IMG/VR virus record: IMGVR_UViG_3300025096_000004
Coordinates: 96,001-160,000 of that record
Source: a virus
Length of the DNA: 64,000 nt
Reading direction: 5' to 3' (one strand)
Part shown: in pieces, positions 1-10,734 of the stretch
Position numbering within the stretch: the first letter of the stretch is position 1
How the letters are laid out: the number at the start of each line of letters is the position of its first letter
Made by a program: the position numbers and the translations under genes
Notes under the pieces: model-generated
Database searches by the model: none
The model's input: the letters and a program-made list of their open reading frames with translations, nothing else
Told to the model about the DNA's origin: nothing

Positions 1-1332
1 TCCACAGAGGGGTACGGAAACACCATCAAGGTGGACATCACGTCTTGCACATCGGATGTTTGCATTAGGTCTAGATTGCAAACTGCACTAGAGAACCACA
101 CTCCCTTTGGTGTTACTCTTGCTTCAAATTCTACTTTTGACACGAGACTGCGAATAACTTCTTCCATGAGCGGCCCTTCAAATGCACCTATACTTTCTTC
201 TAACTTAAGTACGATAGCTTCCACATACAGCTTGGTTGAACCATTTATTACAACTTCCGGTAGCTATGATTCTGGGTCTATGCACTACAACAAGTTGACC
301 CCTGTGGCAACCACAAGGGGAATGTGGCATCAATATGGTGTGGTTCCAAATCCTCTTGACGGGGTATTTTTATCTCTCAGCGATGTTCCCAAGAATTGGC
401 AAAAGGGCGCCTTGGGGGTACACCAAGGTTGGCAAGAATGCACAGGTTCGTTGTGCGATCTTGTAGGCTTTCCGAAAGATAGAGTGAAGCTCGGAGAGAT
501 GCATTCCACCAATATCATCACTGAAGCAATTGTTGCGGTTCCTTTTATTGTTGATAATGGAGAGAGGAAGTTTTTTGAAATCCCAAGAAGAGATATTGAA
601 GATGCCATGGCAACATATCAATCCGATAGTTCGTTCGCTGGCCATTCGATTCGCCAAATGGTTCAAAAGATGAAAAGATATGTTTTTCCTCCTCAATTTG
701 ATTTTCTCAATAGGGAAGAATTAATCCCATTTGCAATGTATATTTTTGAATTTCAACATACATTAACTGAGCAGGATTTGTGTGATATTTGGCAAGGATT
801 ACCACCCAAAATCGGTGTGGGTTTTGATGACGATGTTGCAACAATCTCACACAATCTATTGTCATCAGAGCTTCTTGGTGGTGGATCTTCCTCAGATACA
901 CCTCCTGTTCCAGCATCTAGAAACAAAAACCCGGGCCTTCGACTTAACGATAAAATAAGGTGGATGGTTTTCAAGGCTAAAAAACGAGCCAAAACAAATT
1001 ATTATCAAAAAGTTATTAAAAAACCAAATATTACAGATTGGATTGAGGCGATCTCAGGTAAAAACATTACGTTCAACTGGCCTTATGATTTCTTTTCTCT
1101 TGTTGAGCTAGTTAAGATAGACGCGGCAGTTCAATTGTCACAAGTAGAGGAGGTTGATGATGTCGGATCCACTGAGGTATCACCACAGACCGAATCTCCT
1201 ACTGGAAACGGCCCCGTGATGATAAGGGTCAAACCAGATTTGGCTCACAAATTAGCAGCGCCAATAGGCTCCGCCGCACAATTACTCCAGCAAGACCAAT
1301 ATGGACCCAATCCGGAAGAGGAGGAAATTTGA
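1..1332 (+). CDS. C-terminal part of a large hypothetical (probably virion structural) protein, truncated at the window edge
   Basis: Frame 1 is open from base 1, so the GTG at 31 is probably not the true start. It is followed by coupled structural-type genes. Confidence 0.7.
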   Translation, partial: STEGYGNTIKVDITSCTSDVCIRSRLQTALENHTPFGVTLASNSTFDTRLRITSSMSGPSNAPILSSNLSTIASTYSLVEPFITTSGSYDSGSMHYNKLTPVATTRGMWHQYGVVPNPLDGVFLSLSDVPKNWQKGALGVHQGWQECTGSLCDLVGFPKDRVKLGEMHSTNIITEAIVAVPFIVDNGERKFFEIPRRDIEDAMATYQSDSSFAGHSIRQMVQKMKRYVFPPQFDFLNREELIPFAMYIFEFQHTLTEQDLCDIWQGLPPKIGVGFDDDVATISHNLLSSELLGGGSSSDTPPVPASRNKNPGLRLNDKIRWMVFKAKKRAKTNYYQKVIKKPNITDWIEAISGKNITFNWPYDFFSLVELVKIDAAVQLSQVEEVDDVGSTEVSPQTESPTGNGPVMIRVKPDLAHKLAAPIGSAAQLLQQDQYGPNPEEEEI

Positions 1333-2408
1333 TGGGGTTTTCAAACAAAAAAGAGGATGTGATATATATGGAATTGACTCCCTATGGAAGACAGCTTTTA
1401 TCTCGCGGGCAGTTAAAACCAGCTTATTATAGCTTTTTTGATGATGATATATTATATGATTTGGCCTCTGTTGCCACATCTGATACGTCAAACTATTCTA
1501 GCGGCTTTCTTTCTGAATCTAATGGCGAAATAAAAGAAAGAATATTATCATCAACACCTTATTTAAAACCTTATGTCTCATTTGTTGGAAGAGATAGAAA
1601 AATAACATCAATTCAGAATTATTATCTATACAAGGATCTTTATAAACTTGAGTCTCAGGAAAAGAAAAATTTTTTAAACTATGCTCTTGGTACTTCTGAC
1701 TATCACTCTAGAGACTCTGCCCCCTTTTGGAACATAAAATATTTGCATGGAACAGGCTCATCAACAGAGGTGTCAACAGGTGTTTATAGTTTGAATACAA
1801 AAAAAATCTTAGATTCAAGCAGTATTCTAAGTTCTTCTTTACCATACAAGAACATCCCCCAGATTCAATTTGATGTTAATTATGAAATTTCAATTAGAAA
1901 CGTATATACCGATGACGATATAGAGCAGATAGAATATGTGAGTCCAAACTTACAAATAACCGATGTCGCTGCGGATGGAACCTATATTTCACTAAAAGAG
2001 TCTCCACTGTTGTTGCATATGTTGGAAGAAAATGGTTTCAAGGGGGCTGACATTTTTAATGTGGAGGTATTCAAACAGGATACGCTCCAAAATGATGAGT
2101 ATGTTTCTTTAAAGTTTGTAAATGATAGATATCAAGTTGCAAACCATAGAGTTATTGATGGTATGTTGGTTGAGACCCAAGAAGTTTCGATTTATGATCC
2201 AGTTACACCTGTGAATCATAATTATGTTGAATATTATTTTGACTTAAGGTTGGATTCGGAAGTTCCCGAAGATGATATATGTTCCGGCTTGAAGCTCTTG
2301 AAGAGAAAAGAAATTTTTATAGATATGGACATTGACTGTTTAGAAAGAGATGCGATTGCCGATATTGATATTTATGCGACAAAAGTAACCGAAATAGAGG
2401 AGTGTTGA
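1329..2408 (+). CDS. Hypothetical structural protein with N-terminal LT..GR.LL..G motif (tail collar/baseplate-like)
   Basis: 359 aa ORF. The N-terminus ELTPYGRQLLSRG..YYSFFDDDILYD resembles the 7333 ORF (VLTDHGRKLLAQG..QFALADDEIDY). Confidence 0.6.
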   Translation: MMGFSNKKEDVIYMELTPYGRQLLSRGQLKPAYYSFFDDDILYDLASVATSDTSNYSSGFLSESNGEIKERILSSTPYLKPYVSFVGRDRKITSIQNYYLYKDLYKLESQEKKNFLNYALGTSDYHSRDSAPFWNIKYLHGTGSSTEVSTGVYSLNTKKILDSSSILSSSLPYKNIPQIQFDVNYEISIRNVYTDDDIEQIEYVSPNLQITDVAADGTYISLKESPLLLHMLEENGFKGADIFNVEVFKQDTLQNDEYVSLKFVNDRYQVANHRVIDGMLVETQEVSIYDPVTPVNHNYVEYYFDLRLDSEVPEDDICSGLKLLKRKEIFIDMDIDCLERDAIADIDIYATKVTEIEEC

Positions 2409-2409
2409 A

Positions 2410-5280
2410 ATGACAACAGTGATTGAAAACCTACCAAATGTTTGCATTAGAAATATAACCCTAGATAATACTCAGGAGTCAAAATCTCGATGTAAGATCA
2501 CAGTTGATGTTGTGGTAAAAGCTGGGAACAATGCCCAATGGGTAAATGATGATTTTCTATTGAAACATTTAAGTTTGGTTGTGGTGAAATCTTCGAATGA
2601 ACAGTTTAATGTAGATGCCACATCCGGCCAAATTATGATAAATGGCACCAGCGTAAATTCATATTCCACTGAGCCGGGGGATATAGTTCTAAAACAAATA
2701 CCTCTGTTACAAAAAATAAAACAACAGCGGAAAAACATTCCTCTTGGAGATTCTGTTTGTATGGTTACGCTAGAGTTTTATCAGTCTGTTGATGCAAATA
2801 GTGTAGATATATATGCTATGACAACGATTAATATGTTGGACATTTCAAATTCATATGGTGTTAATTTGAATATACAAGGAATGAATAATTATTGTGGTCC
2901 GATTGTTTCTGAATCCATTTTTAGAAATGGCGCCGTCGTTACTCAGTCTAATCTCTTTCGCATCGCCGGCGGCGAGGAATATTATGGCCCGGTTCATCAA
3001 TACCCCGGAACCGGCTGGATGGCTGGCTCAAGACACACTCAAATGTCGCACCCTAAATTATCTATCCACAACGTGCCCAATACTAAACTAAAGGATAATA
3101 GGGTAGTTAGTTATGCTACCAATAATATCTTAAATCACACAAACAATTCTATTTTTTCTTCGCTAGAGACGACAATTGATAAAGACAAACTTATGAATGG
3201 TATATTTTCCATCAATATTAATACTATAGCCTTAACAAAAACAAAATATGGAAGATTATTTTATAACCTGAAGCCTGAAATCTATAATCAAATGTTAAGT
3301 AATTTTAGGATTAAATATATAAAGATATTCAAGAGCAAAGTAAAACAGTTTAAACAAAGTAAAAAAATTAGCAAATATCTCTCAACTGAACTGCTTATAG
3401 ACAGCAAAGATCCTTTAGATGATAATTTTTTGATAAGTAGATTAAAGGTTCGATCTGCTGATAACATTGCTCATGTCAATGCCGAGGCCTTTAATCTCGG
3501 TTCTGATGTGCCTTTCGACTCCTTTCAAAGAGTATCTCACATAAAAGAACAGAGCCTGGATCTGGTTCCATGGTCTTTTAAAAACCACATTAGGTCTTTT
3601 TCTTTTGTTGATGCAGAAACAAAGACAAAATTTGATGATAAATATTCCTATCGAGTTGATATTGGTTTTTATGATTCTTCTATTGCAACATTGCAGGGTA
3701 TCATGCAAGAGATCGAAACATCCATATTAAGTTTGGATAGATATATTAACCTTTCACTGAGTTTGAAAAATTATGATTTTAGATTAAAAAAGCTTAAACC
3801 AGAATATGTGAGTAGTTTGGGCGGAATATTTGGAAACTCTGGCAATGTTCCGTGGATTAACTCAATCGTGATTTATGCAAAATATTATGCTTTGTTGAAA
3901 AATCTTTCTGATGATGATCAAAATGAAATAATGAATAAATATTATAATTTTTTAAATCCAACATCCTTTGATGCCCGTTCTGCAAAATCATTTTTATATA
4001 AATTTAAAGAATTTTCTTATTCTTTTATGAAATATTTCAAAATTTCAAATAAAAAGATGCATAATTTAGTCTCCGGCAATTCACAGGAAATATATCAAAA
4101 TGTTAATTTTTCAGACATTTCGCTTTCCCATCAGTTTTCAAATGTTTTGGATTTTCAAAATAGCAACCTTGCCTTTAATTATCTCCTTGGATCATCTACT
4201 CCAAGTTCGGTGTTTCAAACCAGCGCTAACGGCAACATTCTGATATTAACAAAAGCTCAGTTTGAACAAAGGTTTCAATTAGAACTGCAACGCTTCCCAT
4301 TTATCGGAGGTGGCAATTCTGATGTGTTGTATTCTTATCTATCTCCTTTGGCTTGGCATCAAGATAATACAGTGTATGATCTTGCAAACCCAGTTAGTGT
4401 AAATTATCGAAAATTGATTGCAGGCATCCAACAGGTATCACAGGATGTAAATTTTGAAGATGGTCACCAAATGACAGTGCCAAACAATAGTAATTCTACT
4501 AATCCGGCAGATATGTTAGAAGAAGGTTTTGAAACTGCTGATATTGATTATACAAAGGCCTCGAGATATATTGGACATAGATATGGCTCTTTGGGAGCAG
4601 AAGATACTTTTGAAGAATATCCAAATTCCGCTTGGAGTGAGCCATCGACCCCCCATAACGAATCTGCCCCCAATATTCCTGTTGATCCCAACGATACATC
4701 AGAGGATGATCCCTTTTCGTCCATTCAAGAACAATACTGGAAAGACATTATGGGACAAACTTTATACACCCCAAGAAACAAGGCTTTACTTTCCATTTTG
4801 TTTTTTTCTTTGCAACGGGTTGAATATAAAGAGCCCCACACTGATTCATACTATTCGATGAAGAAAGATAATTGGAAATTGATGACACCAGATATTTTTA
4901 ACAATTTGGAGGGCAGTGTGCTTTTCCGACTTGTTCCAGCTTCATCTCGCATGTTTCCACAAGCTAAGGGCTTGCCGAATCTTTCTCCGCACAATAGAGT
5001 GTTTATAGTAAATTTTCCAAAGTCACAGGTAAACGAACAGAACCAATTAGTGTCTGCAACTGAAAGTTTGTTGGCAATAGATGGCAGCCACAATAGTGAT
5101 TATTTGGTTAGCAATATTGTAACCCAACCCAGCCGAAGAGATGGGGTCAACTTTGGTTTTGTTTACACTACTGATGCCACTACCTTCACCGCCGGAGGAA
5201 CACTTACGAGCACAAGTGCTCCATCGGAGCCCACAGCGACACCGGGGATGACAACCTCTGGAGGTAATTATGGGTATTAA
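2410..5280 (+). CDS. Large hypothetical protein (956 aa), probably structural
   Basis: Long ORF tightly packed in the structural cluster; no recognisable catalytic motif. Confidence 0.6.
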   Translation: MTTVIENLPNVCIRNITLDNTQESKSRCKITVDVVVKAGNNAQWVNDDFLLKHLSLVVVKSSNEQFNVDATSGQIMINGTSVNSYSTEPGDIVLKQIPLLQKIKQQRKNIPLGDSVCMVTLEFYQSVDANSVDIYAMTTINMLDISNSYGVNLNIQGMNNYCGPIVSESIFRNGAVVTQSNLFRIAGGEEYYGPVHQYPGTGWMAGSRHTQMSHPKLSIHNVPNTKLKDNRVVSYATNNILNHTNNSIFSSLETTIDKDKLMNGIFSININTIALTKTKYGRLFYNLKPEIYNQMLSNFRIKYIKIFKSKVKQFKQSKKISKYLSTELLIDSKDPLDDNFLISRLKVRSADNIAHVNAEAFNLGSDVPFDSFQRVSHIKEQSLDLVPWSFKNHIRSFSFVDAETKTKFDDKYSYRVDIGFYDSSIATLQGIMQEIETSILSLDRYINLSLSLKNYDFRLKKLKPEYVSSLGGIFGNSGNVPWINSIVIYAKYYALLKNLSDDDQNEIMNKYYNFLNPTSFDARSAKSFLYKFKEFSYSFMKYFKISNKKMHNLVSGNSQEIYQNVNFSDISLSHQFSNVLDFQNSNLAFNYLLGSSTPSSVFQTSANGNILILTKAQFEQRFQLELQRFPFIGGGNSDVLYSYLSPLAWHQDNTVYDLANPVSVNYRKLIAGIQQVSQDVNFEDGHQMTVPNNSNSTNPADMLEEGFETADIDYTKASRYIGHRYGSLGAEDTFEEYPNSAWSEPSTPHNESAPNIPVDPNDTSEDDPFSSIQEQYWKDIMGQTLYTPRNKALLSILFFSLQRVEYKEPHTDSYYSMKKDNWKLMTPDIFNNLEGSVLFRLVPASSRMFPQAKGLPNLSPHNRVFIVNFPKSQVNEQNQLVSATESLLAIDGSHNSDYLVSNIVTQPSRRDGVNFGFVYTTDATTFTAGGTLTSTSAPSEPTATPGMTTSGGNYGY

Positions 5281-7291
5281 ACGAATTAAATTTTCTTTAA
5301 ATTCTCCTGAAGATTTGTTCAAAGAGAAGAAAATTAATATGACAAATATTAAAACAATTTCTCAAGAGCCAATTAATAATCAAATAATATATAAAACATT
5401 GGAAACTGTAGAAATTGATTTTTCAAATACTATGGTATCAAATGGATCTATTTTTTCTAGTTTCATAAACGATGTTATGAGTAATAATCAAATAATATCT
5501 TTTACTGCTCAATCTGCATCACCTAGATCTCAAGGAGCAGTAGACAATTCTGATTATGGGTCATTAACATATGGTATTACACCAGTCTATAATTATTATG
5601 CGCCCCAATATGAGGAACTTGTTTCGGATTTCTTTGATAAACAATTGATTAATATATATGTGTCATCAAAGAATGGAACAAACGACTCCACCGCCAATTT
5701 CCGGCATTTTTCAAATACATCCATAACAAGAGATACATTTTTAAAATGCAAACAACGGAATACTGTTAGTTACCTTCCAATACTCCTTGGTTTGAGCGAG
5801 TCACCACAAATAATGTACCCTCAAGGCTACAATTTTTTAGATGTGGCTCCCTATGAGAAAAAGTTTCCATTTGGAATAGACATATCTGTTGGCGTGGACA
5901 ACGTTAATAAAAAATTTAAAACTTTTTTAAAGAAAGCGAATCTATATGAAACATTTGTCAAAGGATATTTTTTGTCTGAAAAGAGAAATTTGTCTATAGA
6001 TACCAAATTTAATATTGAGGGCACTGGCGAAACAAGAGGAACAGTTAATATACTCAGTCTTGATATGTTACAGTTAAATCTAAATTCTTTTCTTGCACTT
6101 CCATCGTCTCCATCAGAGGCGTATTTCTCTTCAAAACCTAGTTCTATACAGGGAATGGCACTAAAGACTGCACTTTTATCAGGCTTTATGAGACAATTAA
6201 CACTAGAGGAGGGAAAATCTTTTGCTGAGACTGTAACTGGCGCAAAAAACTATTATGAGCCGATTTTTTATAAAATAGAGAAAACCCGTGGCACCACTGC
6301 CGGACAAGTCCTTCAAACCTATGTTATCCCAGCCGATGACAAGAATATAATTAAATATTTTGATTCTCAAGTAATAGCTAATCAGACATACTCATATCGC
6401 ATCACAGAGTGCGCTCTTGTTCTTGGAAACAAGTTTTCCTCCTTAAGTGAAACTCAGTTTGATTTGGACAATAAGGTGCGATTTAATGTTGAGATTGAGC
6501 CTGCTATCTATTTGATAGAAATACCAATGATTCAAGACTCTGTAATGACTATGTCTAATGCACCACTTCGACCAAATGTTGATTTTTATACAAAAAATAA
6601 CTTTGAGAATATAATTTATATGCGAATGTATACATCTGGCGTTGGACAAGTTATAGATAATTATTATCCCATCACACCTTCGGACAATGACAATATTGAT
6701 AAGCTTAGATATAAAAATCGATTTTTTGATCAGTATGTTTTTGAAAATAAGCACAATATAATACAAAGCTATGAAGTTATGCGGTTATCAGAAAAGCCCA
6801 ATAAATTGGAGGATTTTGACAAAGGGACTCATTATTTGATTCGAGATAAGGTAGTATTTGGAAGTGTCACTGTCTCGGCCGCAATTAGGCCAAACCAAAA
6901 ATATTATTATCTTTGTCGCTCTTCCAATCAGTATGGAGTAAAATCAAATCATAGTGTAATTTACGAAGTAGAGTTGGAAAAGGGAGCTTCAACGTCTAGG
7001 CTCAAGATTAATACATATTCTTTTAATACTGAAGACAAAAATTATCATTTTAGAAAAATGTCAAACTTGATGCAAATTACACCAGCCTCTCAGCACACTA
7101 TGTATCCATCTCTTGCAGAAAACCTTACCTATAAAAATTCTCTAGATAACTACGCCCTTGGCTCCGCTGGCTCTCCGATTTGGGGTGAAAAATTTAAAAT
7201 AAGGGTCACCTCTGACAATACAGGCAGAAAAATAGACTTTAATCTGCATTTCAATCTAATTAAGAAGAAAACAAATGAAGAAATAAAATAA
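5270..7291 (+). CDS. Hypothetical protein (673 aa; start could be 5339), possibly with beta-sandwich/FN3-like domains
   Basis: Long ORF with FN3-like segments such as DSQVIANQTYSYRITE and RPNQKYYYLCRSSNQYG. Confidence 0.55.
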   Translation: MGIKRIKFSLNSPEDLFKEKKINMTNIKTISQEPINNQIIYKTLETVEIDFSNTMVSNGSIFSSFINDVMSNNQIISFTAQSASPRSQGAVDNSDYGSLTYGITPVYNYYAPQYEELVSDFFDKQLINIYVSSKNGTNDSTANFRHFSNTSITRDTFLKCKQRNTVSYLPILLGLSESPQIMYPQGYNFLDVAPYEKKFPFGIDISVGVDNVNKKFKTFLKKANLYETFVKGYFLSEKRNLSIDTKFNIEGTGETRGTVNILSLDMLQLNLNSFLALPSSPSEAYFSSKPSSIQGMALKTALLSGFMRQLTLEEGKSFAETVTGAKNYYEPIFYKIEKTRGTTAGQVLQTYVIPADDKNIIKYFDSQVIANQTYSYRITECALVLGNKFSSLSETQFDLDNKVRFNVEIEPAIYLIEIPMIQDSVMTMSNAPLRPNVDFYTKNNFENIIYMRMYTSGVGQVIDNYYPITPSDNDNIDKLRYKNRFFDQYVFENKHNIIQSYEVMRLSEKPNKLEDFDKGTHYLIRDKVVFGSVTVSAAIRPNQKYYYLCRSSNQYGVKSNHSVIYEVELEKGASTSRLKINTYSFNTEDKNYHFRKMSNLMQITPASQHTMYPSLAENLTYKNSLDNYALGSAGSPIWGEKFKIRVTSDNTGRKIDFNLHFNLIKKKTNEEIK

Positions 7292-7293
7292 AT

Positions 7294-7301
7294 ACTAATT
7301 A
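7294..7301 (+). promoter_or_regulatory. Candidate late promoter motif ACTAATTA
   Basis: Intergenic copy of the recurring ACTANTTA motif, 39 nt upstream of the 7333 start; followed by AGGAG SD. Confidence 0.55.
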
Positions 7302-7332
7302 TTGTATATATATCAAATTAAGGAGAAGGTAT

Positions 7333-8307
7333 ATGGCTTTTTTGGACAATAGTGGCGACATCATTCTCGATGCGGTTTTAACTGATCATGGGAGAAAATT
7401 GTTAGCCCAAGGTGATGGATCGTTTGAAATTACACAGTTTGCTTTGGCAGATGATGAAATAGATTATTCTTTATATGAGAAAAATCATCTTAGCGGCAGT
7501 GCCTATTATGACATTCAGATCCTACAAACACCAGTGTTTGAGGCATTCACAAACAACTCCTCTTCTGTTAAAAACAAACTAGTCAGTTTTGAGAACTTAG
7601 AGCTTTTGTTTTTGCCAATTATAAAAATGAACCAACAAACAAACGCAACCAGTATGCACTCTGCGGGCACATTTATTATTGCTGCGGATGGCTATACCGA
7701 GGACGATAATGGATCAACCCAGTCGGAAAATGGAATCGTACAGGATTCTGATGGGGTCGATCGAAATGGTATTCTTCGAGGCGAAACTTTGCTTGGAGAC
7801 AACCACATTAGAATAGACCAAGGTTTAGATACTTCAACTCAAAGTGGAGACCCCGAAATTAGCCCAACCCAAGCTCTTGGAAACATGATTGAGACAGAAT
7901 ATACGGTTCAACTGGACAGTCGCCTTGGGGTTCTTTCAACTTTGAATGGGGATATATTAACGGAAGATTACATTGATGATGATCATATCGCTTTTTATAC
8001 GGTTTCTCAATCCGACACGGCGAATCAAATTGTTTCATTGATTAATGATACTACCAATAATACCTCCAACACCATTAATGGCCCTCGGGGAACAAAGTTG
8101 GAATTTAAAATTAAAAGTTCAATGGAATTACAAACTAGTACTTTTTTGTTTCAACGCTTGGGGGGCACAACAACATTGCCCAACAGGGCTAATCCAAGCA
8201 CCAACACCAATCTTTATTATGTCGACACAATGATTAGAATAACAGGTGTTAAAACTGGGCAATCAATTGATGTTCCATTACGTTTTGTAAAATATAAATC
8301 AACATAG
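7333..8307 (+). CDS. Structural protein, tail collar/baseplate-like N-terminal motif
   Basis: 324 aa, with AGGAG SD. MAFLDNSGDIILDAVLTDHGRKLLAQG..ITQFALADDEIDY resembles tail-collar fibre N-termini. Confidence 0.6.
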   Translation: MAFLDNSGDIILDAVLTDHGRKLLAQGDGSFEITQFALADDEIDYSLYEKNHLSGSAYYDIQILQTPVFEAFTNNSSSVKNKLVSFENLELLFLPIIKMNQQTNATSMHSAGTFIIAADGYTEDDNGSTQSENGIVQDSDGVDRNGILRGETLLGDNHIRIDQGLDTSTQSGDPEISPTQALGNMIETEYTVQLDSRLGVLSTLNGDILTEDYIDDDHIAFYTVSQSDTANQIVSLINDTTNNTSNTINGPRGTKLEFKIKSSMELQTSTFLFQRLGGTTTLPNRANPSTNTNLYYVDTMIRITGVKTGQSIDVPLRFVKYKST

Positions 8308-8317
8308 GATATAAAAA

Positions 8318-9460
8318 ATGGCAGATTCAGCTTATAAAGTCTTGGGTGCAAACGATAGAGTTACGACCCGAACCCTTCTCCATGAAGCAATTCCGATTAC
8401 GGGAACAATTGTTAGTGGAACTTATTCAGATAACAATATTAAAAACTTTTCTCATGGAATGTTTCAGAGTGTTTATGATTATCCATACCTTTCGTCTTCG
8501 GCAAATCATATTTTTGATATCACAGTTGGCGTCGGCGCTGAATCAACCCTCTATGGTTCTGTGGATTCACAAAAAGATAAAAAGCGAAATGTTTACAACC
8601 AAATGGCCCAAGTGCTTGTTGGCTATGACCCAACTGGCTCAATTCTTAGATTTGATACAGATGGGGACTTTTCTGGCACAACAACCGATAAGATGGATGA
8701 TGTCGTTTTTCTGGTGTTCTCAAGACTCTTGGTTAAAGATGAGATTAAAAAAGAGTCTTTTTCATTGACTCTTGGGACGAATGTGACCTATACTTCTCCC
8801 TTTAGTGATTTGACCACAGTCACTGATGTTAGTGCATCAAATGAGTATCGAATCAACTCCCCATCAGGAGAATATGGAATCCTATATGCAACTGGCAGCG
8901 ACCTTCAATTTGATTATTATGGCAATGGCGGTACCGCAAGTGATTTCTATCCCCATACAGCTAGCTTTAATGGAAATGATTATGCAAAAGTTGGGTTGAT
9001 CTATTATCAAGCCGGTGTTATTGTTTTAACAGCTTCTTTGTTCAAGGATCACGCATCAGAGGGTATTTTGAAGGAGACAGGAAATAACGTTGGGCCAGAT
9101 TTTGTCGACGGAACTCATGATATTGTCGACGCCCTCACGGGTTCAGAAATTTCGTCTTCGGCCGATGCCTTTAGAAATAGAATTCAGAATGTACAGTTCA
9201 ACAACACAACGGAGTTAAATTCAACAATTTATTTCTGTCGAGCCAATCATAATGAATTTAACTATTCATCTAACCCAACTTATCTTTCCGGATCTAAGAT
9301 CCGTATTAAGAATTTTGCGACTGATGATCCGGTATCCTATATCACAACCATTGGCCTCTACAATGATCGAAGAGAGTTGTTAGCTGTTGCAAAAGTTAGC
9401 GAACCACTCAAGAAAACCCCAGACACAGAATTCACCTTGAGGGTGCGATTGGACTACTAA
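8318..9460 (+). CDS. Structural (baseplate/collar-like) protein, paralog of 9463 ORF
   Basis: C-terminal NYSSNPT..YITTIGLYNDRRELLAVAKVSEPLKK..VRLDY is shared with the next ORF. Confidence 0.6.
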   Translation: MADSAYKVLGANDRVTTRTLLHEAIPITGTIVSGTYSDNNIKNFSHGMFQSVYDYPYLSSSANHIFDITVGVGAESTLYGSVDSQKDKKRNVYNQMAQVLVGYDPTGSILRFDTDGDFSGTTTDKMDDVVFLVFSRLLVKDEIKKESFSLTLGTNVTYTSPFSDLTTVTDVSASNEYRINSPSGEYGILYATGSDLQFDYYGNGGTASDFYPHTASFNGNDYAKVGLIYYQAGVIVLTASLFKDHASEGILKETGNNVGPDFVDGTHDIVDALTGSEISSSADAFRNRIQNVQFNNTTELNSTIYFCRANHNEFNYSSNPTYLSGSKIRIKNFATDDPVSYITTIGLYNDRRELLAVAKVSEPLKKTPDTEFTLRVRLDY

Positions 9461-9462
9461 GT

Positions 9463-10710
9463 ATGTCTTGTTATAAATTTAATGAAGATGACCTGTTTAT
9501 TAACACGGTAAGAGCCGAGCCACAGCATAGTTTTTATATCTATAGTGGCTCTGTTTATATCGACAGTGTGCCACATCTTTCTGGCACCAAATCTACTAAT
9601 TCAAACCCAAACATTTACGGTGTTCCAGATGGCTACATAAGTCTATATGAATATAACATTGATAGGCTTGTAGATGAGAAGATTTATCCGTTTGTTTATA
9701 AAGATGGTAAAAGAAATTCATTTAAGGTTGTTACAGAGGCAAATTATGAAACACAATATGATCATGGCGATGTTGTCTCTTCCTCTTATAATATGTCAGC
9801 AAGCATTGATATTATTTATAGATTGGATTCAGATGCGACCGTCGCAGCTAGAAAAGAAATAATCGCCCTTAAGAACACACTAAACCATTATGCATATTTG
9901 TCTCCACATTATGAATATTCTTCGCCGTTTGGAGATAAGGGAACCCAAAGTATTCGTATTGTTTCGATTCCATCGATTTTTTATGGAACAACTATTAAGA
10001 AAGGAACAGTTAAATTAGATTATTTTTTTAGCGGATCGTTGTTGGGAAGTTTGGTTGATAATAAAAAAAATGGCGAGCTTATTCAGGTCTCCGGCGCCAA
10101 TTCAAGTAATGATGGCAAGTGCGCTGGGGTTGTTTTATATGATGAAGGATTTATCGTGTTAACTGGTAGCTGGAGTCTGACCGGCTCCGGCGGATCGCCA
10201 TCAACTGGTATTATAAAACATTTGAACTCATCAAACACTTTGACCTTGGAAACGATAAATTCAAATAACCCCTTGTCGTGGAGACATTGGGGTCACGGCC
10301 TTGACTTTGCTGCTTCTGACTACACAACAACAATGATCTCTTCATCTTTTGCTCTTGAATATTCCGGCTCGACAGAGACCCAAGTTATGACCATGCTCGC
10401 TCATGCCCCATATGATGAGTTAAATTATTCCAATAACCCAACCTCGTGGACTGCAAGTGATGCGAATAAGCAGACAATTTTATCCGCCATGTCAGGCTCT
10501 CATCAATATGTGGAAAAGGCAATACAAATCAAAAATATAGTTTCCGCCTCCTATACTGATCAAAATCCCCCATTTGAAAAGACAACCTACATCACAAAAG
10601 TTGCTATATACGATGAAAATAAAAATCTTATTGGCATCGCTAAACTTGCCACTCCTGTTCGGAAAACCGAAGATATTGATTATACTTTTAAAATAAAACT
10701 TGACATCTAG
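9463..10710 (+). CDS. Structural (baseplate/collar-like) protein, paralog of 8318 ORF
   Basis: C-terminal NYSNNPT..YITKVAIYDENKNLIGIAKLATPVRK..IKLDI. Confidence 0.6.
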   Translation: MSCYKFNEDDLFINTVRAEPQHSFYIYSGSVYIDSVPHLSGTKSTNSNPNIYGVPDGYISLYEYNIDRLVDEKIYPFVYKDGKRNSFKVVTEANYETQYDHGDVVSSSYNMSASIDIIYRLDSDATVAARKEIIALKNTLNHYAYLSPHYEYSSPFGDKGTQSIRIVSIPSIFYGTTIKKGTVKLDYFFSGSLLGSLVDNKKNGELIQVSGANSSNDGKCAGVVLYDEGFIVLTGSWSLTGSGGSPSTGIIKHLNSSNTLTLETINSNNPLSWRHWGHGLDFAASDYTTTMISSSFALEYSGSTETQVMTMLAHAPYDELNYSNNPTSWTASDANKQTILSAMSGSHQYVEKAIQIKNIVSASYTDQNPPFEKTTYITKVAIYDENKNLIGIAKLATPVRKTEDIDYTFKIKLDI

Positions 10711-10728
10711 TTTAAATCGTGTTATAAT
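10700..10728 (+). promoter_or_regulatory. Sigma70-type promoter (TTGACA-17-TATAAT, extended -10 TG)
   Basis: TTGACA 10700-10705, 17 nt spacer, TG at 10720-21, TATAAT 10723-10728; ATG follows 6 nt later. Confidence 0.85.
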
Positions 10729-10734
10729 ATAAAT

